DNA of 64,000 nucleotides from Nostoc sp. GTDB taxonomy: Bacteria; Cyanobacteriota; Cyanobacteriia; Cyanobacteriales; Nostocaceae. Under the pieces are notes generated by a model that saw nothing but the letters and a program-made list of their open reading frames with translations, searched no databases and was not told where the DNA came from. Below are positions 11,479-22,946 of the stretch, in pieces. A program made the translations under genes and the position numbers. Position 1 is the stretch's first letter, and the number at the start of each line of letters is the position of its first letter. The stretch is from the NCBI GenBank assembly GCA_036918135.1, contig JBALDB010000056.1, positions 352,001 to 416,000 of the forward strand, given 5' to 3'.

Positions 11479-12165
11479 TACATTTAGGAAATTTGTCAAT
11501 CAAGCTGGTGTGCTATAATGCGCCAAAACCTTGAATTGGTGTGTTACCCAAGCCGTCACACTGTATATATACTCAGATTTTTTCAAATATAAAATTGTAT
11601 TACTATAGTTCATAAATATTCTTTAACTCATTTAGCATTAATTTACTAGAAAAATCTGATTTAAGCTTGGTTTCAGCTTTTTTTCACAGTTGTTGTTAGT
11701 TTTGAAAACTCGCTTATTTCTAAGTATTAAATAAATTAACAGGTAAATTATTTGTTAAAGTTTAAATGTTTACTAATTTGATGATAAATAACTCTAAAAG
11801 AATAATCAAATATTCTTATTTCTTAAAAGCATAAATTAAATTAATGGTAAGCTAATTGAATATTTTGCTAAATACAGATTTAGATTGACAACAAATTTTC
11901 AGGAAAGTGAAGTATATAAACTAAATCTCAAAGCCAGAGATAAAGCTTGTTTGACTTCTAATTTTGGCTCGGATAATTCACTAATTCTTTCGTATTCGCT
12001 TGTTGATTAGTTTTGCGCTCTAATTTTGGGGAGCGATCGCCCAACACTAACTCGTCTATCCTAGCTAATGGAAAAAACTCCTGAAATCACAATCTCTATC
12101 TCAAGAATAATAGACGTCAAACAATCTTTACCATAAAAAATAAGATATATAGAGTTTTATAAACT

Positions 12166-12426
12166 TTGATTGATATGCCTCAGAGTAGAGGCCTACTTGT
12201 AGCAAAACAACCCAATATTGGCAAACTAGTCCGTGCCCTGCGGTCAGAATTAAATTTATTTCAACAAAAGTTTGCCGCCGATGGTGTTATCCCAACAATC
12301 AACTGTTGGGAAAATCAATGTGGGATACTTTCTGCTTCGGCAATGCAGCGTATTAGTACCCTACTCAATGAGTTGGGCGATCGAGGTAAAATTCTTCGAG
12401 CAACATACTTTGGACAACAAGAGTAG
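12166..12426 (+). CDS. Degenerate XRE-family HTH protein (possible pseudogene)
   Basis: IGKLVRALRSELNLFQQKFAA-DGVIPTINCWEN resembles HTH_3, but residues appear to be missing in the helix-turn-helix. Confidence 0.55.
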   Translation: MIDMPQSRGLLVAKQPNIGKLVRALRSELNLFQQKFAADGVIPTINCWENQCGILSASAMQRISTLLNELGDRGKILRATYFGQQE

Positions 12427-12546
12427 GCTTTTTGTTAATGCTGAATTGCTTCTTAAAATTGGCACTCAGTAATGTTTTAGTAAGTTATAAACAAAAAGAG
12501 AATTTTCAGGAGTAGATGACTACAACTGTAGCTTTGTACCCGACCC

Positions 12547-15500
12547 ATGACTAATCGAGAGGAACTAATGAAAAACAAGTCAACGCCACCAACTAAGGCC
12601 GATGGCAATTTCCTTCTCGGTGGGGGTGAAATGGGTGCGCGGATGCGAGAATTCGACTGGTCGAAAACCTCTCTTGGGCCAACACAGCATTGGCCGCAAA
12701 GTTTGAAAACTGCGGTGCGGATTATGCTCACTTCTCGCCAACCAATGTTTGTCTGGTGGGGCGACGAACTAATTAACCTTTACAACGACCCTTACAAAGC
12801 TATTATTGGCGGCAAACACCCAGAAGCACTCGGTCAGCCAGCTTCCTACGTGTGGCGGGAGATTTGGGATCAGGTTAGGCCGAGAGCAGAATCAGCGATG
12901 CTTAAGAACGAGGGCACTTACGACGAAGCGCTGTTACTGATTATGGAGCGTAACGGCTACCCTGAGGAAACCTATTATACTTTTTCTTATAGCCCAGTTC
13001 CCAATGACGAGGGCGACACAGGCGGGATTATCTGCGCCAACACAGACGACACACAACGCATCATTAGTGAGCGTCAGTTGAAACTGTTACGAGAGTTAGC
13101 AACTAGAACAGCAGACGCGCGGACATTCGATGAAGCCTGTACGTTGAGTGCGAGTTGTTTGGAAACCAATCCTTACGACTTACCCTTTGCAATGATTTAT
13201 TTAGTCGATCCAGATCGAGAGCAAGTTTTTCTTGCTAGAACATGCCGCATTCAGCCAAACCAAATCGCAGTTCCAGAAACAGTTGCGCTCAATTCTGATG
13301 CAGTTTGGCCTTTTGCGGAAGTCATCAGAACGCATCAAACAAGGTTAGTTAACATTTTAGAAGCGGATTTTGGCAGCTTGCCTTCTGGTGTATGGCAGCG
13401 ATCGCCACATCAAGCGGTGGCTGTACCCATCCCACCATCCGGTCAAAGCGGTAAAGCTGCCATCTTAATTGCTGGCTTGAATCCCTTCAGGGTATTCGAC
13501 GACAATTATAGAGGATTCATCGAACTAATTGCAGCTCAAATTGCAGCTAGCATTGCCAACGCCCAAGCTTACGAACAAGAGCGCAAACGTGCCGAAGCTT
13601 TAGCAGAAATCAATCGCGCCAAAACTGTCTTCTTTAGCAACGTTAGCCACGAGTTTCGTACCCCATTAACTTTAATGTTGGGGCCACTAGAAGAAACCTT
13701 AGCCAATTGTGCCAACCTGCTACCAGCCAACGAACAAGAGCAGTTAAAAATGGTGCAACGCAACGGAATGCGTTTATTGAAACTAGTCAACAGCCTGTTA
13801 GACTTCTCGCGGATTGAAGCCGGACGGGTTCAAGCTTCATACGAACCCACAGACCTGACCATTTTCACCGCCGAACTAGCTAGTGTTTTTCGTTCAGCGA
13901 TCGAACGGGCAGGAATGCAGTTATCAGTTAATTGTCCTCCTTTACCGGCACCAGTGTATGTAGATCGTCAGATGTGGGAAAAAATTGTTTTTAACCTGCT
14001 ATCTAATGCATTCAAATTCACCTTCGCAGGAAAAATTTCAGTGAATTTGCAGTGGGTAGAGAAAGAGGACACGGAGACGTGGGGACACGGGGATGCGGGG
14101 AAAGAGGACGCAAAGAAAGAGGACATGGGGACGCAAGGACATGGGGACAAGGAGAATTTATCACAAACACTCTCCGCGTCAGAGCGTCAGTGTGTCAGAG
14201 CGTCCTCTTTTGTAGAATTGTCAGTGCAAGATACAGGAATTGGTATTCCAGCAACAGAAATTCCCCATCTGTTTGAACGATTTCACCGCGTCAAAGGAGC
14301 GCAAGGACGAACTTTTGAAGGGTCAGGGATTGGCTTATCACTGGTGCAAGAATTGGTGAAAATGCATGGTGGAACAGTCCAAGTAACTAGTGTTCTGGGA
14401 GCAGGTAGTTGCTTTACTGTGTCAATTCCCATAGGATACGCTCATTTGCCTCCAGACCGGATTGCTGCCACTCGCACCTTAACTTCAACTGCATTAGGTG
14501 CAGCACCCTATTTAGAAGAAGCTCAGCGTTGGCTGCCCGAAGAGAACACTGGGGACAAGGGAACAAGAGAAGAGTTTTCCCAATCCCTAATCTCTAATCC
14601 TGATTACTCCTTATCCTCTTCAAAGGCTTCACCTTCCTCAAAATCCCGAATTCTTTTAGCTGAGGACAATGCTGATATGCGCGATTATGTCAAGCGGTTG
14701 TTAAGTCAGCAGTATGAAGTGGAAGCAGTACCGGATGGTTTAGCTGCTTTGGATTCTGTGCGGCGGCGTCTGCCAGACTTGGTACTGACGGATGTAATGA
14801 TGCCTTTGTTAGATGGCTTTGGATTGTTGCAAGCATTACGCGCCGATCCGCAGACGAGAAAAGTTCCGATTATTCTGCTGTCGGCACGGGCAGGAGAAGA
14901 GGCACGAGTGGGAGGTTTAGAAGCCGGAGCTGATGATTACCTGATTAAACCGTTCTCTGCCCGTGAATTGTTGGTGCGGGTAGAAGCAGCCATAAAAATG
15001 GCTCATCTGAGACAGCAGGCAATGGAACGCGAACAAGAGTTACGCATTGAGACTGAGGTTGCAAAAGCACACCTGGAGACAGTTTTAGCTGGTATTCAAG
15101 ACCAGTTCTTTGTACTGGATTGCGAGTGGCGCTACACCTTTGTTAATCAGCAAGTAACAGAAGTTCTTGGTCTTTCAAAGGAAGAGTTGCTAGGTAGGAG
15201 CATTTGGGAAGTGTTTCCAGATATTGTAGCAAGCGAGTTTGATATCCAGGTTCATCGAGCGATCGCCGAACAAACCGTTGTTCGTTTTGAATACTTTTAT
15301 CCTAAATGGAATCGCTGGTTTGAAAATCGCATTTATCCCTTTGCAGAAGGAGTATCAATATTTGTTACCGATATCAGTGATATATACGAGGAACTGCGGT
15401 TACGCAAACAAGCACAAGAAGCACTTCGAGAGAGTGAGGAACGCTTTCGGCTAATGGCAGATTCAGCACCGACATTGATTTGGATGTCTGGCATCGATAA

Positions 15501-16992
15501 AATATGTAATTATTTTAACAATTCTTGGTTAAACTTCACTGGGCGAACTATAGAGCAAGAGATGGGCAATGGTTGGACTCAAGGAGTGCATCCTGAGGAT
15601 CTGCAATATTGCTTAGATACTTATGCAAACGCCTTTGATACCCATCAAAGGTTGGAAATGGAATATCGACTCAGACGCTTTGATGGCAAATATTGCTGGA
15701 TTTTTGATGTCGGTGTACCCAGGTTTACTCCCGAAGGAGACTTTTTGGGCTACATCGGCTCGTGTATTGATATTAGCGAACGCAAGGCAGCAGAAGCAGA
15801 ACGCGATCGCCTGCTGCAACTGGAGCAAGCTGCCAGAACCGAAGCCGAAAGAGCCAACCGCATCAAGGATGAGTTTCTAGCAGTGCTGTCCCATGAATTG
15901 CGATCGCCACTCAATCCGATTCTCGGTTGGGCGAGTCTGTTACAGACGCGTGAGTTTGACCAAACCGCACTCAAAAAAGCTATTGCCACAATTGAGCGTA
16001 ATGCAAAATTACAAGCTCAACTGATTGAAGATTTGCTCGATGTCTCTCGCATTTTGCAAGGTAAACTCAGCCTCAACATGTTTCCTGTCAACCTAGTGTT
16101 TGTGATTGATGCGGCACTAGAGACAGTGCGTCTGGCAGCAGAGGCTAAAAATATTCAAATTCAGAAAATTTTAGATGCTTCTGTAGAGCAAATTTTGGGT
16201 GATTCCAGCCGTTTACAACAAGTAATCTGGAATTTGTTATCAAATGCGGTTAAATTCACTCCTCAAGGTGGAAAAATTGAGATTCAACTACAGTGCATTG
16301 ACAATCAAGCTGAGATTGTTGTCAGTGATACAGGCAAGGGAATCAGTTCCGAATTCCTGCCTTACGTGTTTGAATATTTTCGTCAAGCTGATAGCACAAC
16401 AACCCGCAAGTTTGGTGGCTTGGGGTTAGGCTTAGCAATTGTCCGTCATCTGGTAGAACTACATGGGGGAACGATTTGGGCAGAAAGTTTAGGTGAAGGG
16501 CAAGGAGCTAGTTTTACGGTCACGCTACCGATAATCAAAAAAGATTTAGCTGCAAAACAAGACATCAACATTGCTGACTTGGATGCTTCTCCTGCGATTG
16601 AAATTCTTACAGGCATCCAAATCTTAGTTGTGGACGATGACGTAGACACCCGCGAATTTCACACATTCGTCCTAGAACAAGCTGGAGCAAAAGTTACCTC
16701 TGTGTCCTCGGCTTTGGAGGCACTACAAGCCTTGGCACAATCAAAACCAGATATTCTAGTGAGTGATATCGGAATGCCACAAACAGATGGTTACATGCTA
16801 ATGCGCCAAGTTCAAGCATTGCAGGCAGAGCAAGGGACACAGATTGTGGCGATCGCTTTAACTGCTTATGCAGGAGAAATCAACCAGCAACTAGCACTCG
16901 AATCAGGGTTTCAAAAGCATATATCCAAACCCGTCGAACCAGAGGAATTAATCATGGCAATTGCTACTTTGATTGGTAGCAGTGGAGAGTAG
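12547..16992 (+). CDS. Hybrid histidine kinase: PAS-like/GAF-HisKA-HATPase-REC-PAS-PAS-HisKA-HATPase-REC
   Basis: Two H-boxes (SHEFRTPL, SHELRSPL), two sets of N/G boxes, and two receivers (DVMMP, DIGMP). Confidence 0.93.
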   Translation: MTNREELMKNKSTPPTKADGNFLLGGGEMGARMREFDWSKTSLGPTQHWPQSLKTAVRIMLTSRQPMFVWWGDELINLYNDPYKAIIGGKHPEALGQPASYVWREIWDQVRPRAESAMLKNEGTYDEALLLIMERNGYPEETYYTFSYSPVPNDEGDTGGIICANTDDTQRIISERQLKLLRELATRTADARTFDEACTLSASCLETNPYDLPFAMIYLVDPDREQVFLARTCRIQPNQIAVPETVALNSDAVWPFAEVIRTHQTRLVNILEADFGSLPSGVWQRSPHQAVAVPIPPSGQSGKAAILIAGLNPFRVFDDNYRGFIELIAAQIAASIANAQAYEQERKRAEALAEINRAKTVFFSNVSHEFRTPLTLMLGPLEETLANCANLLPANEQEQLKMVQRNGMRLLKLVNSLLDFSRIEAGRVQASYEPTDLTIFTAELASVFRSAIERAGMQLSVNCPPLPAPVYVDRQMWEKIVFNLLSNAFKFTFAGKISVNLQWVEKEDTETWGHGDAGKEDAKKEDMGTQGHGDKENLSQTLSASERQCVRASSFVELSVQDTGIGIPATEIPHLFERFHRVKGAQGRTFEGSGIGLSLVQELVKMHGGTVQVTSVLGAGSCFTVSIPIGYAHLPPDRIAATRTLTSTALGAAPYLEEAQRWLPEENTGDKGTREEFSQSLISNPDYSLSSSKASPSSKSRILLAEDNADMRDYVKRLLSQQYEVEAVPDGLAALDSVRRRLPDLVLTDVMMPLLDGFGLLQALRADPQTRKVPIILLSARAGEEARVGGLEAGADDYLIKPFSARELLVRVEAAIKMAHLRQQAMEREQELRIETEVAKAHLETVLAGIQDQFFVLDCEWRYTFVNQQVTEVLGLSKEELLGRSIWEVFPDIVASEFDIQVHRAIAEQTVVRFEYFYPKWNRWFENRIYPFAEGVSIFVTDISDIYEELRLRKQAQEALRESEERFRLMADSAPTLIWMSGIDKICNYFNNSWLNFTGRTIEQEMGNGWTQGVHPEDLQYCLDTYANAFDTHQRLEMEYRLRRFDGKYCWIFDVGVPRFTPEGDFLGYIGSCIDISERKAAEAERDRLLQLEQAARTEAERANRIKDEFLAVLSHELRSPLNPILGWASLLQTREFDQTALKKAIATIERNAKLQAQLIEDLLDVSRILQGKLSLNMFPVNLVFVIDAALETVRLAAEAKNIQIQKILDASVEQILGDSSRLQQVIWNLLSNAVKFTPQGGKIEIQLQCIDNQAEIVVSDTGKGISSEFLPYVFEYFRQADSTTTRKFGGLGLGLAIVRHLVELHGGTIWAESLGEGQGASFTVTLPIIKKDLAAKQDINIADLDASPAIEILTGIQILVVDDDVDTREFHTFVLEQAGAKVTSVSSALEALQALAQSKPDILVSDIGMPQTDGYMLMRQVQALQAEQGTQIVAIALTAYAGEINQQLALESGFQKHISKPVEPEELIMAIATLIGSSGE

Positions 16993-17171
16993 GGAGTGAT
17001 GAACGCCAGTTGCTTCTCCTATCAAAGACGCTAGGCGAACAAGTCGGCAGAGCCACCCAACACACTGGCTCCTGTTGACTAAGGAGTCTTAAATGCTGAG
17101 TTAAGAGCTAAGAATTTTCTCCTGTGCCCCTCTGCTTTCCATCTCCTTATCTCCCTATACTCCCAACTCCT

Positions 17172-17609
17172 TCATCCCTTGGTGTGTTTGTCAATAATGT
17201 TGGCTAAGTCTGGCACCGCCCCTTCAACGTGTTTTTTGGCTGAACCACGCAGTTTCTCATAAGTTCCTCGGACGATTTGGCGTTTGACAGTTTTGAGCCT
17301 CGCGTCAGTTACGCTTAAAAGCGCGTCTGCTGTGGATGAGGAATTCGCAATCACATGCCCTACTGGGTCGCCCTTTTTCACGCCTTCATTCCAAATAGGA
17401 TCGAGCGCCGTCAAGCACTGGGGTAAAAGCTGTTCAACGCCATAAGGAATGTATCCAGGCTTGACTCCCTTTAAGGCGCCAAAGGCAGCTTTCAGCGCCA
17501 TACCGCTGATACCTGACTTGGACGCAACTTGTGTTTCGATCATGTTGCAGCAATCTTCTATGACCATAGCTTTTTTGTTTGGGTTCAAAAGTTCCTCGCT
17601 GAGTCCCAT
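17172..17609 (-). CDS. Conserved hypothetical protein (DUF6918-like)
   Basis: 145 aa with KSGISGMALKAAF and YEKLRGSAKKHVE; aggag upstream of the start. Confidence 0.7.
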   Translation of the reverse strand: MGLSEELLNPNKKAMVIEDCCNMIETQVASKSGISGMALKAAFGALKGVKPGYIPYGVEQLLPQCLTALDPIWNEGVKKGDPVGHVIANSSSTADALLSVTDARLKTVKRQIVRGTYEKLRGSAKKHVEGAVPDLANIIDKHTKG

Positions 17610-18158
17610 TTCACTCCTCCTAAGAATTCAGTACTTAATTTTCATTCGACTAATTTTTTAGCAAGCAGGAAATTAAAGAAAATGGTAATAGAGATGCCAT
17701 TACCAGTCCTAAAGATAACCTTGCTGCGCTGTTCAATCGTTGTCTGAAAGTTAGATATAACTTAATTGTGTGGTCTTAGTATTACATTAAAAAACAATTC
17801 CTAAATAAATATACTTAAATATATCATCTTAATTTGTATGTTTTTATGCTACATTTCCAAAGTTCTGGTAAAACGCCAGACATATTCGATGATGCTTAAC
17901 TAGCTGTTGAGAATTTTAGCAAGCAGTGGTGCGATCGCAAATAGCAATATAGACAAATATCATAGCTAAATAGCTATTAAGTAATATGCCAATAGTGGCA
18001 TTTATTTTTGTACAACACTCTTTTGAATAAAAAATTACTGCGCTGACAAGTTGATGCCAATAGCATGTACAATTTTTACTTAAAATTTAAACGATGCGAG
18101 ACAATGTGTGAGTAGCAAGTTTAACTTTACTCCTGTAATTTATAGTAGGTGTAAGGCT

Positions 18159-18368
18159 ATGATTTCTCCAAATTATGATTCAATTTCTACTGTAAACGAA
18201 CTGCTGAGAAAAATCAGAATCAAAGAAAGTCAGCTAAAAATTGCACAAGAATCTGACATGGTAAATGTAGTTACAGCATTACAAACTCAACTGTTAGAGT
18301 TACAGGATGAGTTATCAGAGTCACCTGACTTGGAATTACAAGCGTTGATGAGTTTGTTGGATGATTAA
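18159..18368 (+). CDS. Small coiled-coil hypothetical protein
   Basis: ATG at 18159 gives a 69 aa helical, Leu/Glu/Gln-rich product. Confidence 0.55.
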   Translation: MISPNYDSISTVNELLRKIRIKESQLKIAQESDMVNVVTALQTQLLELQDELSESPDLELQALMSLLDD

Positions 18369-18456
18369 ATTTTGTAGTCGAACTTGAGAAAATATCAACA
18401 GCATAAAATCAAAAGTGTAGACCTACTGCGATCGCAGTTCAGTGTAGCTAGCTGGG

Positions 18457-19104
18457 TTAAACTTCAACTGGATGTTGTCCATAATAAGGCAAAGCCTCTG
18501 ACCAATTAGGAGACTTGCCTTGTTGCCAATCAATTTTAGCTAGTTCCAAAATACTTATTACCGTCGCAGCTAATCCAGATTCGGCTTGAATCAACTGATA
18601 ACTAGTGTTCCAATTAACTAAAGTTTCCTGCCATGCTTCTGGTGTCATAACTGTATCTGGTAATAAAGCTATTAGCCCAGAAGCATCTGGCATCAGCTGA
18701 TAAATAGCAGCAAAAATTTGGCCTCGTTGTCCTGGCATTTGGACGGCGAGAGTTTTTGGATTTTGACTTTTGCTTGCTTGTGACCAAGCTACGGCTGCTA
18801 AAGTTGAAATTGCAAATACAGGAATATCTAATTGTTGCCCCAACGTTCGGGCAGTGACGACACCAATCCGAGTGCCAGTAAAACCACCAGGGCCTTTTGC
18901 AACTGCAATCAAAGACAAATCTGCCCAAGTTTGTGGTTTGATAAATTCAATTAAATATTGATGTATTAAACTAGATAAATCACGTCCTAAATTCCAAACT
19001 TCAGAGCGAGTCTCGCCTGCAAAATTACTAATTGCTATACCTAATTCGGGAGTCGTAGTGTGCAGTGATAAAGCGTATTTTATTGTAGTAGTTTGCGTTG
19101 GCAT
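18457..19104 (-). CDS. tsaB: tRNA threonylcarbamoyladenosine biosynthesis protein TsaB
   Basis: IAVAKGPGGFTGTRIGVVTARTLGQQL signature. Confidence 0.93.
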   Translation of the reverse strand: MPTQTTTIKYALSLHTTTPELGIAISNFAGETRSEVWNLGRDLSSLIHQYLIEFIKPQTWADLSLIAVAKGPGGFTGTRIGVVTARTLGQQLDIPVFAISTLAAVAWSQASKSQNPKTLAVQMPGQRGQIFAAIYQLMPDASGLIALLPDTVMTPEAWQETLVNWNTSYQLIQAESGLAATVISILELAKIDWQQGKSPNWSEALPYYGQHPVEV

Positions 19105-19425
19105 GAACTATAAATTTAACTAAATAACAATTATTTTCAGCCGACCTGATTGCAAATTATTTGTATCTGACCGAAGACATCAAACGCTAAAAGTATTTTC
19201 CTGTCAAACTTCGGGTGATTTTGGCGGGAGATAAAGGGTTTTTACATGTACTTCGTCCCTACCAAACATCAAGCTGATTACCTAATCATAAGATGAATAT
19301 TTACGAATGCGATCGCCAAATAATTGTTCTAGTAGGCGGCTAAATCAAGCCATCCATTCAAGATATCTAAAACCCTTACGTAACAGTAATCACGAATTAC
19401 GATTACCACAGCGGTACTAATTATT

Positions 19426-20169
19426 TTAACTACAGTTAATTGCTGAAGCTGAGTTAACTTTAGTTAAATCTCCAGTAAATACACCTGTATATTTATAAGG
19501 TGATGAACCAGAACAAGTCATCGGATTTGTATTAGCGCGACGGGGAGTCCACCACGAATCTGCATTCACTGTCAAATTGATCCCATTCCATAATAATCCG
19601 GTGACAACTAAAGAGTTCGTTTTCCCATCATCAGCCTTTTTGGCAGTCAGAAATGTGGCATAGTAAGCGCTACCATTGTCTGGATTAATTTTTGCTAAAA
19701 TTGCAACTTTTGGGCCGCCACCACTTCCATAACTAGATAGCCAACGACCAGTAGCAAAGCGTCGAAAATCATTACCAGGCTGGCTACCTGTGGATGAGAA
19801 AACGCCATACAAAACGTTTCCTCCATTCCAAAGTAGTCCGTAGCCTGTACCATCATCATTCGTTGTTTCGTAATCAGTGCGACACCATTTCTTGAGACCA
19901 TTCTGAAAACTGATGATTCGAGGGTCTTTGTTTTGAGATGATACTTGCTGATAACCAATGTAAATAGTTGTTTGCCCAACAGTCACTCTCGGGCCATTTT
20001 TACTTCTGATAGTTGTCTCTGTGTCATTGCATGTAAATGTCACACCTTTACTGATAGATGACTGTACACTACTTTGGGCAAAGACTTGCAGGATTGGGAA
20101 GTCAGCACCTAATACCACTGATAAAAATAAAAATGCCAGATACTTTGGCAATTTACGACGATAAATCAT
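19426..20169 (-). CDS. Secreted beta-rich hypothetical protein
   Basis: Signal peptide (VFAQ), Gly/Thr/Ser-rich body, four Cys. Confidence 0.7.
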   Translation of the reverse strand: MIYRRKLPKYLAFLFLSVVLGADFPILQVFAQSSVQSSISKGVTFTCNDTETTIRSKNGPRVTVGQTTIYIGYQQVSSQNKDPRIISFQNGLKKWCRTDYETTNDDGTGYGLLWNGGNVLYGVFSSTGSQPGNDFRRFATGRWLSSYGSGGGPKVAILAKINPDNGSAYYATFLTAKKADDGKTNSLVVTGLLWNGINLTVNADSWWTPRRANTNPMTCSGSSPYKYTGVFTGDLTKVNSASAINCS

Positions 20170-21665
20170 TGAGCTTGGGTGATTAGCATGTTTAAAAAGA
20201 CACGATATCACAAAGTTTCAGTAATTGCTAACTCCTAATACTCTGAATAGTTGGCGTGAATATTTATTGTTGCGATTAGGCAGAAGGCAGGAGTAAAGAA
20301 GGTTTAAGTTTATTTGATTTTTATTAATATAGTTTTGTTTTTTCACACCGTTTTACCTATAGCAATCGGATTTGATTTTTGAAAAAATGTGAGATACAAG
20401 AGTGTGTTATCAGCGAGAGTACGACACCATATCAAGGTTTTGGTGCGTTAGCCTACGACATAACACACCCTACGTATATTTCATGCAATTAAATATGAGT
20501 TTTATCTGGTCAAAAAAAGTCAAAAGTTAAAAATTAGGTATCTTTTTTATTTAAGAATAAATTAACAAATAATTAAATTAAGAATAATTTTAGACGTAGT
20601 ACTCCTCAATCATTCACAAGAAATAAGATGCCTAATTTTTATCATAACTAGGGTATCTACAGCTTGCAATTATTACAAATTAAAGGAATATTTCTAGTTG
20701 TAAGTCTTAAATAAAAAGGAGTGATGAAATTTGATATTATTAACACCTTATGCATCACTCCTAGTAAGTTACACGTTGATAAGCAGTTACATATTGTTAA
20801 ATTACACCAGCTTAATAGTTTATTTATCCTCTAACTAAAGAAGCGGATAATTGTTAAAATATTATGTATTTTTATATACGTTTATTTTGAAGTTACAATT
20901 ATATTTTGCAATTTGAGATGTAGTAGTTTGGCTACTGCTTGTTCTCAGTAGCCTTATTTTAGTCAACACTACAATGATATCCGCTGAGATAATTTTTGAG
21001 AAAAAACGTATCCACAAACACAAAGAAACTTAACTTAGATAGTATACCTTTAGTAGTAATGGCTTAATTCTTGTGATGGAAGCTTAGTAATAATAGAAAC
21101 AATTATTATTAGTACTTAATCATCGAGGGAGTGACAAAGTGGATTAAACAATATTGGGAATTTAAGGCTGAAATCCTAGATTTTCGGAGTCTCGTATCGG
21201 ATCTAATTTATTTGCTAGTCATAATTTTGACTGGGCGATTGCGTTGCTGACGAATTAGTATAATCTTAAGTCATCATCCTTTGGGTTAGTATTTGTGTGA
21301 GCTACAAAATCCTCCAACCAAGGTAGAAGTAATACTTAGCAAAATGTTATAATCTGTTCTCCGAAAAAGTATAAGTGTGCCAAAAATATACAGTGCTTGT
21401 TAAGCAATTTATAGATTCAATTTACATTGAGTATCTAGATCTAATTGCCAAGCTATCGTTTCAAAACTGAATTGAATGTAGTATTGTAATATCTAGATTG
21501 TCGAAAATCTTTATAAAGGTACTCTTATCAATTTAATTTAACAACAATTGCAGCTTCATGAAAATCCAGTTTTTTACTCAAGAAAATCAGAAATGCTGCA
21601 ATACCAAGTCTTTAGCAAGTAGATTTTTTTGCCCAACCTCTGCAACTAAGTAGCGGGAATTTAAG

Positions 21666-22838
21666 GTGAATATAGAAAAGTTTATCCAACGCGCAGAAGT
21701 ATTGCACAAGCGTTTAACAGATTTATACCAAACTGCTAGCGTATTGCCTTGGATTCCATCAGATCTTTTACCAGAGGCTTTTAAGGAACTCTATAGCAAC
21801 TCAAAGATAGTGCAGTTAGCGGCAGAGGAACTATATCAACAAAACGAAGAACTAATACAAACACGGAATTGGCTAGAAGCAGAACGCCAACACTACCAAG
21901 ATTTATTCGAGTTGGCACCAGACGGCTATTTAGTAACGAATACAGAAGGTATTATTCAAGAAGCTAACCACACAGCAGCTAAGTTATTTAATGTTTCAAA
22001 GAATTTTCTAGTCGGCAAATTAATGATTAATTTTGTCCCTTTAGAAGAACGTCAACAAGTTTGTAACGAACTCATCCAACTGTCTCAATCAGGAAGAGCT
22101 AAAGAGTTGTTAATACGTTTGCAACCAAGTCATGGCGAGTTGTTTAATGCAGCTTTGACAGTGCTTGTTGTCCGTAATCTGCAAGGGAAAGCCACCTCTC
22201 TGCGCTGGATGCTACGTAATATTTCTCAGCGTCAGCCTTTAGAATCAGCAGTAGTCAAAAATCATAGCAGCGAGCTGTTTTCTGAGTATCCTGTGTATAA
22301 ACATTCCAAAGGAGAAACTATTCCTCTCAATCCACTAGTAATTTGCTATGTTTACCAGGGTTTAGTCAAGTTAAGTACTTACTGCGAAACAGGCGAAGAA
22401 GTACTCTTAGGATTAGCAACAGCAGGAATGGTTTTTGGTACTAGTTTGACTTCTCTAAATGTTTATCAAGCAATAGCTCTTTCTGATGTGGAATTAGTAT
22501 CGCTTTACGTAGTAGAAGTAGCAGCTTCGCCAACTTTGAGTCATACTCTTTTACCAAAAATCAATCACCGATTACAGCAAACAGAATCTTTTTTAGTCAT
22601 TTCTGGTAGAAGAAGAGTACAAGAGCGCCTCCACTATTTATTAGAACTTTTAAAACAGGAAATTGGTGAGACTGTACCGGATGGAACTCGCTTGAGTGTT
22701 CGTTTAACTCATGAAGATATTGCTAGTGCTTGTTGTACTACTAGAGTTACAATTACCCGATTGATGGGCAAATTACAAGAACAAGGTGTAATTGATTTTG
22801 ACTTAAAAAAACATATTATTTTGAGAACTTTAGATTAA
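21666..22838 (+). CDS. PAS domain + Crp/Fnr-type HTH transcriptional regulator
   Basis: YQDLFELAPDGYLVT (PAS) and RLTHEDIASACCTTRVTITRLM (Crp HTH). Confidence 0.88.
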   Translation: MNIEKFIQRAEVLHKRLTDLYQTASVLPWIPSDLLPEAFKELYSNSKIVQLAAEELYQQNEELIQTRNWLEAERQHYQDLFELAPDGYLVTNTEGIIQEANHTAAKLFNVSKNFLVGKLMINFVPLEERQQVCNELIQLSQSGRAKELLIRLQPSHGELFNAALTVLVVRNLQGKATSLRWMLRNISQRQPLESAVVKNHSSELFSEYPVYKHSKGETIPLNPLVICYVYQGLVKLSTYCETGEEVLLGLATAGMVFGTSLTSLNVYQAIALSDVELVSLYVVEVAASPTLSHTLLPKINHRLQQTESFLVISGRRRVQERLHYLLELLKQEIGETVPDGTRLSVRLTHEDIASACCTTRVTITRLMGKLQEQGVIDFDLKKHIILRTLD

Positions 22839-22946
22839 TTAAATGGGAGATTCATGAATTTATATCATACTGTTATAATAACTGTCATTGTGACCAAAGA
22901 GAAGCAATCACAAAAACAGGCGAGTATTACAAATTACGAATTCATA

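Noticed and set aside
19105..19425. A small conserved gene (e.g. ycf34) upstream of tsaB
   Set aside because: The frames I translated were short and lacked any Cys-rich motif.
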